The notes under the pieces were generated by a model. That model was not told where the DNA came from. It saw nothing but the letters and a program-made list of their open reading frames with translations, and searched no databases. Shown one piece after another: positions 10,506 to 21,577 of a stretch of DNA of 64,000 nt. The position numbers were made by a program, and so were the translations under genes. Position 1 is the first letter of the stretch. The number at the start of each line of letters is the position of its first letter. Source of the stretch: an uncultured virus (IMG/VR IMGVR_UViG_3300031963_011487) (Duplodnaviria; Heunggongvirae; Uroviricota; Caudoviricetes); IMG/VR virus record IMGVR_UViG_3300031963_011487; one strand, written 5' to 3'.

Positions 10506-11546
10506 ATGAGAACTTTTTTACCTATATCTCAAGATGCAACAATATACCAGAGATATCCTGATAATAACACGGGTCTAGATGAAATTATAGAAGTCGGCAA
10601 AGTTATTAAACCATTGGACGGAGTGGGTAAGTATGCATCTGGCTCTGCACGGATAGTATTGAATATTGATATCCCCTCAGAAAACCAATATCCAACGAAT
10701 TCCGTATATTATTTGAATCTTAGAATAGCAAATGCCAAAAACGTAACACGGTATCAACAACTTAACGTCTACCCAGTATCGCGTAGTTGGACGGAAGGAA
10801 GTGGATATTTTTATCAAGATGTAAAAAATATGCAAGACGGTGTTACTTGGAACGTTGCATCTCCGATTGTTAGTTGGTCATTGTCTGGGAGTGATTATGT
10901 TACAACTCCATCTGCTTCATATACTTTTTCAAGGGTACCAATTGAAGATATAAAAATTGATGTTACACAAATAATACGTCCCGTTGTATCGGGATCAAAT
11001 GAATTTGCGTGGAACGGATTGATAGTAAAGTTCCCAGACACGGACGAACAACTTACTACAAATACAGGAAACATTAAATTTTTTTCCTCAAATACCCACA
11101 CGATATTTGCTCCCAAACTAGAAGTGTTATATAATAATCAAACATTTATTACAGGTAGTTTAAAACCGATCTCAACGGGAAATATTTCTATCATACCAAA
11201 AAATTTGAAAACTGCATACACGGTAGGTGAAATAGATAAAGTGTATCTTGTCGTTAGAGATAAATTTCCTGATAAACGGTTTGATGAAGCGCAACGATAC
11301 AAGACAAAATATTATTTACCATCATCATCACTTTACAGAATAAAAGATCAAGTATCTGGTATGACAATTCATGATTTTGATCAATATTCTACAATTAATT
11401 GTGATACGTCTGGATCGTACATACTATTGGATACTACGGGGTTTGACGTTGATAGATACTATACAATAGACTTAAAAATTTCTTCGGGACAACAAGTGTG
11501 GTTTCCAGAATTTGATTACTCATTTAAAGTAGATAGAAATGGCTAA
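10506..11546 (+). CDS. Putative virion structural protein (beta-sandwich, DNRLRE/CBM96-like)
   Basis: DATIY...NTG, WTEGSG, VTW, PKLEV pattern; baseplate context. Confidence 0.55.
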   Translation: MRTFLPISQDATIYQRYPDNNTGLDEIIEVGKVIKPLDGVGKYASGSARIVLNIDIPSENQYPTNSVYYLNLRIANAKNVTRYQQLNVYPVSRSWTEGSGYFYQDVKNMQDGVTWNVASPIVSWSLSGSDYVTTPSASYTFSRVPIEDIKIDVTQIIRPVVSGSNEFAWNGLIVKFPDTDEQLTTNTGNIKFFSSNTHTIFAPKLEVLYNNQTFITGSLKPISTGNISIIPKNLKTAYTVGEIDKVYLVVRDKFPDKRFDEAQRYKTKYYLPSSSLYRIKDQVSGMTIHDFDQYSTINCDTSGSYILLDTTGFDVDRYYTIDLKISSGQQVWFPEFDYSFKVDRNG

Positions 11547-11949
11547 TAATATTTTAAATTCGTATATATCAAAAGTTTTAGTAGAACTAAATCGTAACAA
11601 TGATGATGTTATTAAAGTATCAACTAACTATCTGTCACCGGAAGGCGACGAATATGTGTTGGATAGACAAACTGTATCACCTATATTAATACAAACCACA
11701 CAATCGTTACAAGAACTGCAACCTGAAGTATCTAATGTATATCCATTTAAAATCGTCACTCCATTAGACTTTGATGGAAGTACTATAATTTTAAGTCCAA
11801 GCGTTGACACACAACCAACTGCATCACAAGGATATTACGTACCAATTTATTTTGAAAGGTACAATACAGAAGTAGTTCAGGCAATAAATACAGAATTCAC
11901 AGAACTAATCTTGGTAGAGGAAACTGGATTAGAAGTGTTGGGTGAATAA
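11539..11949 (+). CDS. Hypothetical protein
   Basis: Overlapping-start ORF in the baseplate operon. Confidence 0.65.
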   Translation: MANNILNSYISKVLVELNRNNDDVIKVSTNYLSPEGDEYVLDRQTVSPILIQTTQSLQELQPEVSNVYPFKIVTPLDFDGSTIILSPSVDTQPTASQGYYVPIYFERYNTEVVQAINTEFTELILVEETGLEVLGE

Positions 11950-11951
11950 TT

Positions 11952-12812
11952 ATGCCAAATCAAAATAATTTTAGAAGTGACGTAACAAATATACAGGATG
12001 TAAGATTTTCTGCTTCAAGAATTGTTAGAATTCCTGAAGAACTGATTTTATTTGAAGAAGTTCCTGCCAGCTTTGCATTTGACGCGGACGATAATATAGA
12101 AATTCATTTTTATACAATTCCCGAAAATCAGTTACTACTGAGCACTGTTATTAAAACGGCAGAAAATATAATAAAATCACACATTATATCGTATGCAGAT
12201 GGTACTTATAAAAATTATATAAGAATAGATTTCACAAAACTATTTATTGATAAAGAGTTAGTATTAATACCTGGTGATTATAAAATGACGTTGAACCTAT
12301 TTTCCGATGAAATAGGTAGTTATGACACCAAAAAGTTAAATATTGATATAATATCAGACTCACGTACAGAAGTACAGTTATCCTTTAATGACACTATAGA
12401 TGATGTATATTTTAAACAAAATTCTTACTTATTAAAAGAATTTTTAGAAAAAGCATTTAATAAAACCGATGCAGTGGGGTTTGCACAAAAAGTATTTATT
12501 TCGGGAGTTGAATTGAATGATCCAACCGAAGGGATAAATGCAACCAACATATTACAAAATCTTGAAGTGGGTGGGATACAAACTACGGAAGACACTGTAG
12601 ATAGAATTGAACGTATTAATTTACGAGAAATTTTTGAGACGCAATTGAACGATTTTGTACAAGATTTGTTTAAATATATTAGAGAAGAAATAGTTATTAA
12701 AGGAGATGATAGAATCCAGCAATATGAGTACCAAAAAGTTATAACTGATATAGTTGAACAAAAAATAAAAAATTTACGACAAACCGTAGATTCTAGAATC
12801 GTGGTTAGTTAA
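11952..12812 (+). CDS. Hypothetical protein, probably structural
   Basis: 286 aa; ISDSRTEV motif; baseplate operon. Confidence 0.7.
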   Translation: MPNQNNFRSDVTNIQDVRFSASRIVRIPEELILFEEVPASFAFDADDNIEIHFYTIPENQLLLSTVIKTAENIIKSHIISYADGTYKNYIRIDFTKLFIDKELVLIPGDYKMTLNLFSDEIGSYDTKKLNIDIISDSRTEVQLSFNDTIDDVYFKQNSYLLKEFLEKAFNKTDAVGFAQKVFISGVELNDPTEGINATNILQNLEVGGIQTTEDTVDRIERINLREIFETQLNDFVQDLFKYIREEIVIKGDDRIQQYEYQKVITDIVEQKIKNLRQTVDSRIVVS

Positions 12813-12833
12813 TTAACTGGACGGATATATAAC

Positions 12834-15647
12834 ATGGCAATTTTTCCATTTGGATTCAACGACGAACAATATATAAACTCACAAATTACGCCATCCGACG
12901 AGGACACACAGGTCGGTTCAGGAGCCGGTACTGGTATAGGTGGAGGAACGGGAATTCGTAGACCAATTCTTGACAATGAAGATACAACTAGTACTATAAC
13001 TGACAGTACAGGAACCGGAACTGGTACTGGAACTGGTACTGGAACAGAAACCGGAACTGGTACTGGAACAGGAACCGGCACTGGTACTGGAACAGGAACC
13101 GGAACCGGCACTGGTACTGGAACTGGTACTGGTACTGGAACAACCACGGTAAATAGAGGTTGTCAAGCAGATGATGAATGTCCACGGGGATTTTACTGTG
13201 ATTTTACAACAACTACCGTAATTGGTGATGATTTAACTAACCAATACGGATCATGTAAACAAACTCCGACTGAGGGTACTGGAACCGGCACTGGTACCGG
13301 AACCGGCACTGGTACCGGAACCGGCACTGGTACCGGAACCGGCACTGGCAGAACTGGTACTGGGGGAGAGGGAGAAAAAATTGCTTGTTGTGGCCCAATT
13401 ACGGAATACAAATGTGTGCGAGGGTTTGCTGGTCCAGATTGTCCTCGTGGAAGTGGTGAATGTACACCAGGTGAAGACTGCGGTGCTCCTCCCAAATGTG
13501 ATACCACAGTAAAAACAACAGCTTGTTCTAAAATATTAGGTGACGAATTTAGTGGAGTTGCGGTACAAACGATATCAATTGAAGGTAGTCCCGCAGGTTG
13601 CGTTGCAGCAGCAGCAAGTGATTGGAACACTGACGATTGTCAAAAAATAGATACAAATACACCATGTAATACGGTTACCGAAACCGTGTCGTGTACAACC
13701 CTTATAAATGATGGTAAAACGTATTCTGGAAGTGCATCTAGAATAATATTAAAAACTATAAACGGACAACCAACACCTTCCGGGTGTACTATACCTGATA
13801 CTTCCAGTGACTGGGACACTTCTGGCTGTAGAGTAGTGGCAACCGAGGAATGCGAAACCACAACACAAACTATAGCTTGTACAAATATCGGAGCCAACTA
13901 TGTTGCGGGAACGGCAACTAGAACCGTACTTAGGAAAATAGATGGAAACAATACGCCTCGTGGGTGTAGTGCACCAACTGGTTTATCAAGTGACTGGGAT
14001 GTTAGAAACTGTATAATAAAAGAAGATGACCCGCCCGACAATCGTCCACGAATATGTGGCAGTACAACCAGAGTACCTCTTGAATCGTTGGCATTATACA
14101 CCGAGTCAACGGACGCTGCGGGTGAGTGCCTGGTTAGACGACAATATAGACTGTGTGGAACTTCAGAAAGTTCATTAGGCATTCCACCTGCCAACTTAGT
14201 ACTTAGTAGTGATAATCTGGGTGCCTGTTACGGACCACCTCAACCACGATATAGAATTTGTGGCTCTACAAATGAAATTGAAGGGACGCCACCAAGTTCT
14301 CTTGAAGAGGGACAGGATCAACGGGGCGTTTGTTATAGAACACCCATAACCCATCGTATCTGCGGAAATCCAGACGCGCAGAGTGGATATGCACCAGAAG
14401 GATACAGACAATCAACCGATCAATATGCAGGAACTTGTTATAGAGCACCTGAGTTTTGGCGACTGTGCGGAACAACGGAACGTCGAGAAGACCAAGTTCC
14501 ATCTGGATATGAACAGTTCTCAGATAATTCTGGAGCTTGTTATGGTCCATATTTTACTTATTGTAATTCTCCCGATATTAAAAATTTAGGAACAAGACCA
14601 TCTGACGATAGATATGAGTTTGATACTCAACGATTCTGCTGGAAAGAAAAGGTTATAATTCCGCCACCAGAAGAAGTATGTGAATGTCATGTTGCATCTG
14701 GATATAACGGTACCGTAACGTATGTACCGTGTGGTGGAACGGTTCAACAATACACTACTATACAGCTTGTTGGTGTTGATGTTGGTTTTTGTGCAAGTGA
14801 TAAATATGCAGTTCTTTCCAATGGTGGAACAGTAGTTAAAAACCTAAATACAAATTGTAAAAATAAGCAATCAGTTTGTATAATAACACCGCCACCGGAC
14901 CCAGAATATCGTATATGTGAAACTCGTGCAATAGTAAAGGGAACTCCGCCTGCAGACTTTGTTCAATCTACTGATAGATTTGAGGGAGTATGCTATAGAC
15001 GTAACGTAATTGAAGAAAAAACATATCGTATATGTGGAGAACCTGCGTTATTAAAAGGAACACCGCCTGCAGAATTAATTGAATCGCGAGATCAATATCC
15101 TGGCGTTTGTTATAAACCACGAGAAATTCCAATAACACATCGTATTTGTGGCGATCCACAGTTACGTAGTGGTGATCCACCAGAAAATTATGTACAAGAT
15201 TCTGACCAATATGGCGTGTGTTTCAAGCCAGAACCAGAATGGCGTAGTTGTGTCGATGGTAAAGTATATAAGGGATTACCACCTGCTGAGTACAAGCAAC
15301 TAGTATACCCAGGACCAGTCGGTGGAGTATGTTGGGAACCTGCAAGTATAGTCGGCTTTGAACCAAGTTTAGCAAATGCATTTAACTTTTTATACAAACG
15401 TGGTAGTGGAGATTATCCAACTGCTGTCCGAGCAACGGCAACTAACCCATCATATGCAGCTTCATATAGGGTTACTATGAACACAAACAGTAAAATAAAA
15501 CTAAATAATGGTGACGGTACTCTACAATTTTTACTACAACCGCGAAGTTCGTACGAATTTACAGTAAATGTTACTCCTGAATTATATGAACAACTTGGTG
15601 ATGGATCTAGTAATCTATCACTTGACGTTGATATAACTGAATTATAA
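12834..15647 (+). CDS. Cys-rich repeat protein with (GT)n linkers
   Basis: 937 aa; two Gly-Thr tracts, three ~60 aa 4-Cys repeats ending SDWxxxxC, about ten ~35 aa R[IL]CG...GxC[YFW] repeats. Confidence 0.8.
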   Translation: MAIFPFGFNDEQYINSQITPSDEDTQVGSGAGTGIGGGTGIRRPILDNEDTTSTITDSTGTGTGTGTGTGTETGTGTGTGTGTGTGTGTGTGTGTGTGTGTGTTTVNRGCQADDECPRGFYCDFTTTTVIGDDLTNQYGSCKQTPTEGTGTGTGTGTGTGTGTGTGTGTGTGRTGTGGEGEKIACCGPITEYKCVRGFAGPDCPRGSGECTPGEDCGAPPKCDTTVKTTACSKILGDEFSGVAVQTISIEGSPAGCVAAAASDWNTDDCQKIDTNTPCNTVTETVSCTTLINDGKTYSGSASRIILKTINGQPTPSGCTIPDTSSDWDTSGCRVVATEECETTTQTIACTNIGANYVAGTATRTVLRKIDGNNTPRGCSAPTGLSSDWDVRNCIIKEDDPPDNRPRICGSTTRVPLESLALYTESTDAAGECLVRRQYRLCGTSESSLGIPPANLVLSSDNLGACYGPPQPRYRICGSTNEIEGTPPSSLEEGQDQRGVCYRTPITHRICGNPDAQSGYAPEGYRQSTDQYAGTCYRAPEFWRLCGTTERREDQVPSGYEQFSDNSGACYGPYFTYCNSPDIKNLGTRPSDDRYEFDTQRFCWKEKVIIPPPEEVCECHVASGYNGTVTYVPCGGTVQQYTTIQLVGVDVGFCASDKYAVLSNGGTVVKNLNTNCKNKQSVCIITPPPDPEYRICETRAIVKGTPPADFVQSTDRFEGVCYRRNVIEEKTYRICGEPALLKGTPPAELIESRDQYPGVCYKPREIPITHRICGDPQLRSGDPPENYVQDSDQYGVCFKPEPEWRSCVDGKVYKGLPPAEYKQLVYPGPVGGVCWEPASIVGFEPSLANAFNFLYKRGSGDYPTAVRATATNPSYAASYRVTMNTNSKIKLNNGDGTLQFLLQPRSSYEFTVNVTPELYEQLGDGSSNLSLDVDITEL
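13008..13142 (+). repeat. Coding hexamer-type repeat (Gly-Thr)n, tract 1
   Basis: Runs of GGAACT/GGTACT/GGAACC/GGCACT units. Confidence 0.9.
13281..13348 (+). repeat. 18 bp tandem repeat GGAACCGGCACTGGTACC, 3 copies plus a partial
   Basis: Exact copies start at 13281, 13299 and 13317; partial copy at 13335. Confidence 0.9.
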
Positions 15648-15648
15648 C

Positions 15649-16158
15649 ATGCCAATACGAAATTATGTTACGGGTGATGTTCCCTACTTAACTTCATATG
15701 AACCGTTTACGTTACCGAATGGCATAACGCAAGTGGACTTCATAAGTCAAATGATTTCGTATAATTTACAACCGTTAAAAACTCCAACCGAAATAACATA
15801 TTTTATTGGTGCAGAAAATTCTTATGTTACAACGTTAGAAATAAAAAATTTGACGGATAATGTAACATTGACTGGAACTATAACGTTTAACAAAGACGTA
15901 TTTGTTATATACGACGAATTTAATAGATATATAGACGGAATAGATAGAGTAGAGTTTTCCTTAGAACCAGAAAAAATTGAATCATTTAAGATTGAAGTTA
16001 ATAAAAAAATATTGAACAGTGTAATTTTAAATACACCACTTAATACGTTGATTAATATCACTATCAAAAATGTTACGACAAACGGATTAACGCTCAAAAA
16101 AATAAATCAATCTTCTTTGGCAGAAAGCACGTTCCCACAAAATATAACCGTAAAATAA
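15649..16158 (+). CDS. Hypothetical protein (beta-rich)
   Basis: 169 aa ORF coupled to its neighbours. Confidence 0.65.
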   Translation: MPIRNYVTGDVPYLTSYEPFTLPNGITQVDFISQMISYNLQPLKTPTEITYFIGAENSYVTTLEIKNLTDNVTLTGTITFNKDVFVIYDEFNRYIDGIDRVEFSLEPEKIESFKIEVNKKILNSVILNTPLNTLINITIKNVTTNGLTLKKINQSSLAESTFPQNITVK

Positions 16159-16161
16159 ACA

Positions 16162-19100
16162 ATGTCAGAAAAGATAAATTTAAAAATTACATTTCCGATA
16201 AAAGTTCAAATTGTACCGATACAAAAACCCGTAGGATTGCGTGCTCCTATTAATGTACAAATAACTCCAACACCTACAGTAGAACAAATACTGGATGTTA
16301 ATTATAACTTTACCATTAACACCGTACCAATTGAAGTTAATATATCCGAGCCATTAATAGTAACTGCATTTGATTTCTTAAACACCGCATTAAATACATA
16401 CGTTGACGAAGATCGTACTCTAAAAACACTATTAAATTACGGCGAAGATCGTCAATCTGTGGTTTTAAATTATAGATATGGTCCGTTGGATATAGCGGGA
16501 CTAAGAACAATTCAGTTAAAATTACTACAACCTGTTCCCTCTGATATAGCACCTACAACGCCCGTATTTTTATCCAGAGAAGTTGCAAAGAGTACTATTG
16601 ATAAAGTTAGAGTAAGATTTGCTCCTCCTATTGATACCACACCATACCTTCGTCCAAAAAATACAGCAGTAAACACTGACGTGGAATTAGGAAAAACGGT
16701 GCGAAACGTTACATTAAATCGTCTCGCACTAAAAACAGGATCGGTGGGATCTGACGACGTTTATAAAAACAAAACGTTTGAAGACGAAATATTTAGACAG
16801 TGGTACTCATACGATTTTAATTCATCTGAATTAAACATAGACTTTACTAATTATAGTAATTTTATATTTTATGGATCTGCTGCAATGCGATTAGCGGCGT
16901 TCAGAGAAAAAATAATAAAGTTAGAAAGTATAGATAAAAATAGATTACAATTTTTATCATCATCAACGTATACAAATCTTACCGCATCTGTCGGATATAA
17001 TTTCGTTCAAGAAAAAACGGCAGAATACGCAAAGGAAAAAGAAAATGTAATAAGATCGTTTGATAGATACGAACAGTATTTGTATTTCACACCATCCGGT
17101 TCTAATAGTGCATATAGTGCTTCTTTTGTATATGCGGACACGGGCACAGAGTATAATAATATTGGATACTGGCCCAAGACGGTATCAGGAAGTATACACT
17201 CAGTTTACAGTACAGAGGCGGTAAACTGGTATTCTACACAGAGTTTAATTGCCCAAAGATTTGATGAGTTTAATGAAAACAATTTAATCAATACTATACC
17301 AACGCACATACGTGAAGATGATAGTAATTCTGCATACATTACCTTTGTGTCAATGGTCGGACACTTTTTTGATCTCATTAAACCATATATTGACCACATG
17401 TCAGATGTGTGGAGTCGTAATTTAAATCCAAACACGGAATTATCAAAAGATTTAATTAATGAAATTGTAGAATCCGTTGGATTTAAATTGCCTACGTTGT
17501 ATTCTACATTTGATCTGACAAATAATATTTTGGGAACAAATGATCAAACTCCTCGTAGAGATTTGGTGGCAGAAATTTACAAACGACTGTTACACAACTT
17601 ACCATTTTTTACCAAGGCGAAAGGAACAAAAACTGCATTACAAACATTCATAAAATCATTTGGAATAACACCACAAATTTTTGATGTTAAAGAGATAGGA
17701 GCTCCTGTAACTAGTTCATATTATGTGTTTGATGAATTTACGCAAGGATTGGATTTTGACGAAACTAAAATAGCCTACGTTATTTTACCGTTCTATCTAG
17801 GTTCTAAAACATTACAGTTTAATTGTAGTGTTGCAAAAAGTAAACAAATGACTGTTCTAGTGGGTGATAATAAATGGGCATTAAATGTCGTTCCGCATCC
17901 ATCAAATAAAACGTTGGGACGATTTGAATTAGCATCCGGTAGTGCTCATATACCAATTTTAAGTAGTAGTTATCAAGAAATCTTCGGAGATGAATTACTT
18001 AATGTAGCAATTAAAGTAAATGCTGGATATGCAAGTTTGTATGTAACGCAAGTAGAAGGAGAAGACATACTACATACATCGGCAATGTCGGAGAACAGTG
18101 CATTTGCTTCTTTATGGAATACTACTTCTATTCTGTATTTTGGAGGAGGTACATCAATCAGCGTTGGTAATTTTGATGGTACATTAGACGAAATGCGGTT
18201 ATGGAGTGACGCATTGTCCGATGAAACTATTTTGAACACAGCGTTTGACCCAGGATCAAATGCAGGTGATACGTACGATGCTGCGTCAGATAAATTGTTG
18301 ATACAACTTTCGTTTAACAAGTTAAATTCTGATCTACTTGTAGCATCTTCATCCCTTGTAAACGAAAGTCCATACAAAGATAAAACTTTAAATAACATAG
18401 ATACGGTTCTCACATATAACATATCCGAATCGGATTTTTCACGGTATAATCGTACGGTTAGACAGGAAATGATGAACGTAGGATCATCGGGTATATTGAC
18501 AAGTAAAATTAAAGTAGCGCCACCACCGGTGTTTATAGACGCATCACAGGGAAACAGATTATACAGAACAAAAAGTATAGTTAAACCTGAACAGAAAAAA
18601 CTACAACGTGGACGTAATAAGATTATACTAACTGCGTCCCCAACGGAAATAGTAAATCAAAATATTATTCGTAATTTTGGATTGGAAAATATTAATGCAG
18701 TATTGGGTTCTCCAACCACGTTGTACACTACATTCGAAAAATCATTACAGACATTAAAGCAACATTATCAACAATATTATTATGTGAGTGTGGATCCAAA
18801 TAAATTTATCAGAATTCTTTCCGAGTTTGGATCTATTTTGAATCAATCTATTGATTATTTTATTCCATCAAAGGCAACTATACTAAGTGGAATAACAATA
18901 GAACAAAATATTCTTGAACAAGTAAAAATTCCACCTTTGAAAAATATCAAAGTTTATGGAAAAGATACTAGACGTACATTGAACGCCGCGGCCTCTCTTA
19001 CGCAAAGTAGAGCAGACTATGGCGCTACATTTAATCTATCTCAGACCGTGGAGGCGACCAATGATGCTGATGCACTGGGTAATTTAAATTCAATAAATTC

Positions 19101-20862
19101 AAATATTCAAGATATCGGATTTATAGAAATTGGAGGTGGATACCTTAATAAATCTGGATCATTGGTGGTAGATACTTCACTAGAAGGTAAAAATGAAAGA
19201 CTGTCGGGAATATTAGACCCAAACAAACCAGTACCAGACGCACAGTATCTGCCGGCAAAGGGCGAGTTAAAAATTGTAAGTGATAATACCGGTAGTTTTG
19301 ATTACTATAAAACGGCGCTTCCAATAAGAATGGAATCCAGTGCAAGTTATCAAACTTGGGTAACCGAGCTAGTTCCTATTATAGAATCAACTGGAAGTTA
19401 TTCCACTGTTACCGCACAACTAGTTCCGAATTATGAAGTTGCCTCAAACGTGACTACGTACAATATAAAACATGAACAGTGGAACTCTAAACAATTCTGG
19501 CAAATTGAACAGTATGGCACGGGATCACCATTGCCTGCAAAACAATCAAGTGCAGAAACATATGTGGACAATTTAAATAAAATAAAATACGATGATACTA
19601 ATCTAGGAAATGAAGGAGCGGAACCGTATAATAGACTATATAGTAGAAAATTATTTGAGACAGAAATAAATAATAATAGAGATGGTGGACTTACAAGCAT
19701 GTACATTCCCGCATTGTATGACATACCACCCTCCGCAGATTTTACTGATTCTGGAGTATATACATATTTCAATAATTCTACTGGCGTTTATTATTTTGAA
19801 GAATTATTCAAAACACCTGCATATCAAAAACCATTAAATGCATCCTGGGATGTGACAAATCAAACATTTATAGGGGCAACTACGTGGTCGTATGAAGAAA
19901 AATATAATATATATGATGTAGTCTACCAACAAGTAACAAGTAATGATAATAATACGCTGGGAACTTCTATAGTTAAATCTGCTCGTGCAGGTAACAATCT
20001 ATACTATGCTTTCAAAACACGACCAGCATACAGAGCACCTACAAATAATACCGCATTTTATACAGGAAGTGTTCCTTCATATTTACCCCCGTCGTTGGAT
20101 AAAGAGAACTGGGAAATCATAAGATTTACTCCAAGTGTAAAACGTATTACTAAACGAGTAATATTTGATGTGTTTAAAACACCAAATCCAGACGATAATA
20201 ATTTTAGAACAACAACGGCGCCTGTAGAGACTAGAATTGATATTCCAGATAGATATGTTGATATTTATCCATTAACTGCAGTTGGTGCAGGATCATATGT
20301 AACTGGTGAAATCTTAGTACAAAATATTGCCACGTTATTGGCAATGCAATTAAATGTGGATAATATTCGGGTACGACTATACAGAACTTCTACGGATCGT
20401 GATGCGGATATATTAAGATCGGCAGAAACCAAACCTACGGGGTCACATGGCGTTCTTTTAGATACTACAATTAATGTAGCAAATGTTGCAACGTTAATTA
20501 ATCCCGTGATCAATTTAGTGGCAGGTTCAACACCTACTGCGGGTAAACTATTTTATACTATAAATAATTTAAACCCCGTATCAAAGTTGGGAATAACAAT
20601 GACGTTGTTATATTTTGCATTAGAAATTAATCCAAGAATTCCTTCCGGTTACTTACCGAAACATTATAAATTCTTTAGAAGTAATTCTACTGCTACAAAA
20701 CGTAGTAATTATGTTGGGTGTAAAAATACGAAAAGTACGACTATTGACGGACAAGAACCAATACAAATTTTCTTGAGCGAAGGCGTAGATCTACGAGTAG
20801 CACCATCAATAGTAAACGAAGAAATTATCACCGGCGGTGGCGGAATATTAGACGCAACGTAA
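16162..20862 (+). CDS. Large baseplate/structural protein (gp7-like region plus LamG-like domain)
   Basis: NLPFFTKAKGTKTALQTFIKSFG resembles the gp7/P2-I KGT motif; FDGTLDEMRLW is LamG-like. Confidence 0.65.
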   Translation: MSEKINLKITFPIKVQIVPIQKPVGLRAPINVQITPTPTVEQILDVNYNFTINTVPIEVNISEPLIVTAFDFLNTALNTYVDEDRTLKTLLNYGEDRQSVVLNYRYGPLDIAGLRTIQLKLLQPVPSDIAPTTPVFLSREVAKSTIDKVRVRFAPPIDTTPYLRPKNTAVNTDVELGKTVRNVTLNRLALKTGSVGSDDVYKNKTFEDEIFRQWYSYDFNSSELNIDFTNYSNFIFYGSAAMRLAAFREKIIKLESIDKNRLQFLSSSTYTNLTASVGYNFVQEKTAEYAKEKENVIRSFDRYEQYLYFTPSGSNSAYSASFVYADTGTEYNNIGYWPKTVSGSIHSVYSTEAVNWYSTQSLIAQRFDEFNENNLINTIPTHIREDDSNSAYITFVSMVGHFFDLIKPYIDHMSDVWSRNLNPNTELSKDLINEIVESVGFKLPTLYSTFDLTNNILGTNDQTPRRDLVAEIYKRLLHNLPFFTKAKGTKTALQTFIKSFGITPQIFDVKEIGAPVTSSYYVFDEFTQGLDFDETKIAYVILPFYLGSKTLQFNCSVAKSKQMTVLVGDNKWALNVVPHPSNKTLGRFELASGSAHIPILSSSYQEIFGDELLNVAIKVNAGYASLYVTQVEGEDILHTSAMSENSAFASLWNTTSILYFGGGTSISVGNFDGTLDEMRLWSDALSDETILNTAFDPGSNAGDTYDAASDKLLIQLSFNKLNSDLLVASSSLVNESPYKDKTLNNIDTVLTYNISESDFSRYNRTVRQEMMNVGSSGILTSKIKVAPPPVFIDASQGNRLYRTKSIVKPEQKKLQRGRNKIILTASPTEIVNQNIIRNFGLENINAVLGSPTTLYTTFEKSLQTLKQHYQQYYYVSVDPNKFIRILSEFGSILNQSIDYFIPSKATILSGITIEQNILEQVKIPPLKNIKVYGKDTRRTLNAAASLTQSRADYGATFNLSQTVEATNDADALGNLNSINSNIQDIGFIEIGGGYLNKSGSLVVDTSLEGKNERLSGILDPNKPVPDAQYLPAKGELKIVSDNTGSFDYYKTALPIRMESSASYQTWVTELVPIIESTGSYSTVTAQLVPNYEVASNVTTYNIKHEQWNSKQFWQIEQYGTGSPLPAKQSSAETYVDNLNKIKYDDTNLGNEGAEPYNRLYSRKLFETEINNNRDGGLTSMYIPALYDIPPSADFTDSGVYTYFNNSTGVYYFEELFKTPAYQKPLNASWDVTNQTFIGATTWSYEEKYNIYDVVYQQVTSNDNNTLGTSIVKSARAGNNLYYAFKTRPAYRAPTNNTAFYTGSVPSYLPPSLDKENWEIIRFTPSVKRITKRVIFDVFKTPNPDDNNFRTTTAPVETRIDIPDRYVDIYPLTAVGAGSYVTGEILVQNIATLLAMQLNVDNIRVRLYRTSTDRDADILRSAETKPTGSHGVLLDTTINVANVATLINPVINLVAGSTPTAGKLFYTINNLNPVSKLGITMTLLYFALEINPRIPSGYLPKHYKFFRSNSTATKRSNYVGCKNTKSTTIDGQEPIQIFLSEGVDLRVAPSIVNEEIITGGGGILDAT

Positions 20863-20881
20863 TAAAACGTAGTAAACTATA

Positions 20882-20889
20882 TATTTATA
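20882..20889 (+). promoter_or_regulatory. Putative late promoter TATTTATA
   Basis: Intergenic, about 30 nt upstream of the ATG at 20920. Confidence 0.6.
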
Positions 20890-20919
20890 TTAGACCTCTT
20901 CTATTTGGAGTAAAATTTT

Positions 20920-21558
20920 ATGGGATATTTAAATAAGGCAACGGTCACCGTTGACGCAATTTTGACAAAAAAGGGACGAGAATTGCTGGCGCGAGGACGT
21001 TCCGCGTTTAACATCACCCAATTTGCGGTCGCAGACGACGAAATTGATTATGGACTATACGATCCAGCACATCCATTGGGAACAGAATATTACGGTTCAG
21101 CAATTGAAAACATGCCAATCGTAGAAGCATCTACCGACGAAACACAAAATCTTCGGTATAAACTAGTAACATTGACGAGAGGAACCAACCTGATTCCGAC
21201 CATCCAAACAGGCATTTCTTCAATACAACTAACATTCAGCAATACACAAAATCCAGTAACTACTATTACTCCAACAACAAGTCAAGGACTAAATGCGCTT
21301 CCATTCGGCTATACAGCAATTTTATATGATCGTGAAGCGGCAATTTTAACAAGTAATGGACTACCGGGAACTGCTACCGTGCCAACATTCTTGGGAGACT
21401 CGGTATCACAAAACGCAATTGTCGTTCGTGGTACGATTTTTACGATTTCACCGAGAGATGTAAATTCAGTAACACAGACACAATTGGTAATTGTTGGAAA
21501 TCAAACTGGTGCATCGGTAACGATTCCGGTAACAATCAATCCAGCCACCATAATTTAA
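20920..21558 (+). CDS. Baseplate / tail-collar-type structural protein
   Basis: ILTKKGRELLA...ITQFAVADDEIDY resembles the N-terminal half of tail-collar fibre domains. Confidence 0.6.
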   Translation: MGYLNKATVTVDAILTKKGRELLARGRSAFNITQFAVADDEIDYGLYDPAHPLGTEYYGSAIENMPIVEASTDETQNLRYKLVTLTRGTNLIPTIQTGISSIQLTFSNTQNPVTTITPTTSQGLNALPFGYTAILYDREAAILTSNGLPGTATVPTFLGDSVSQNAIVVRGTIFTISPRDVNSVTQTQLVIVGNQTGASVTIPVTINPATII

Positions 21559-21577
21559 TACATAGGAAGAATATATT

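Noticed and set aside
12809..13630. Minus-strand ORFs with (VP)n, (ST)n or (FQYQ)n repeats
   Set aside because: Antisense shadows of the Gly-Thr repeats in the + strand gene.
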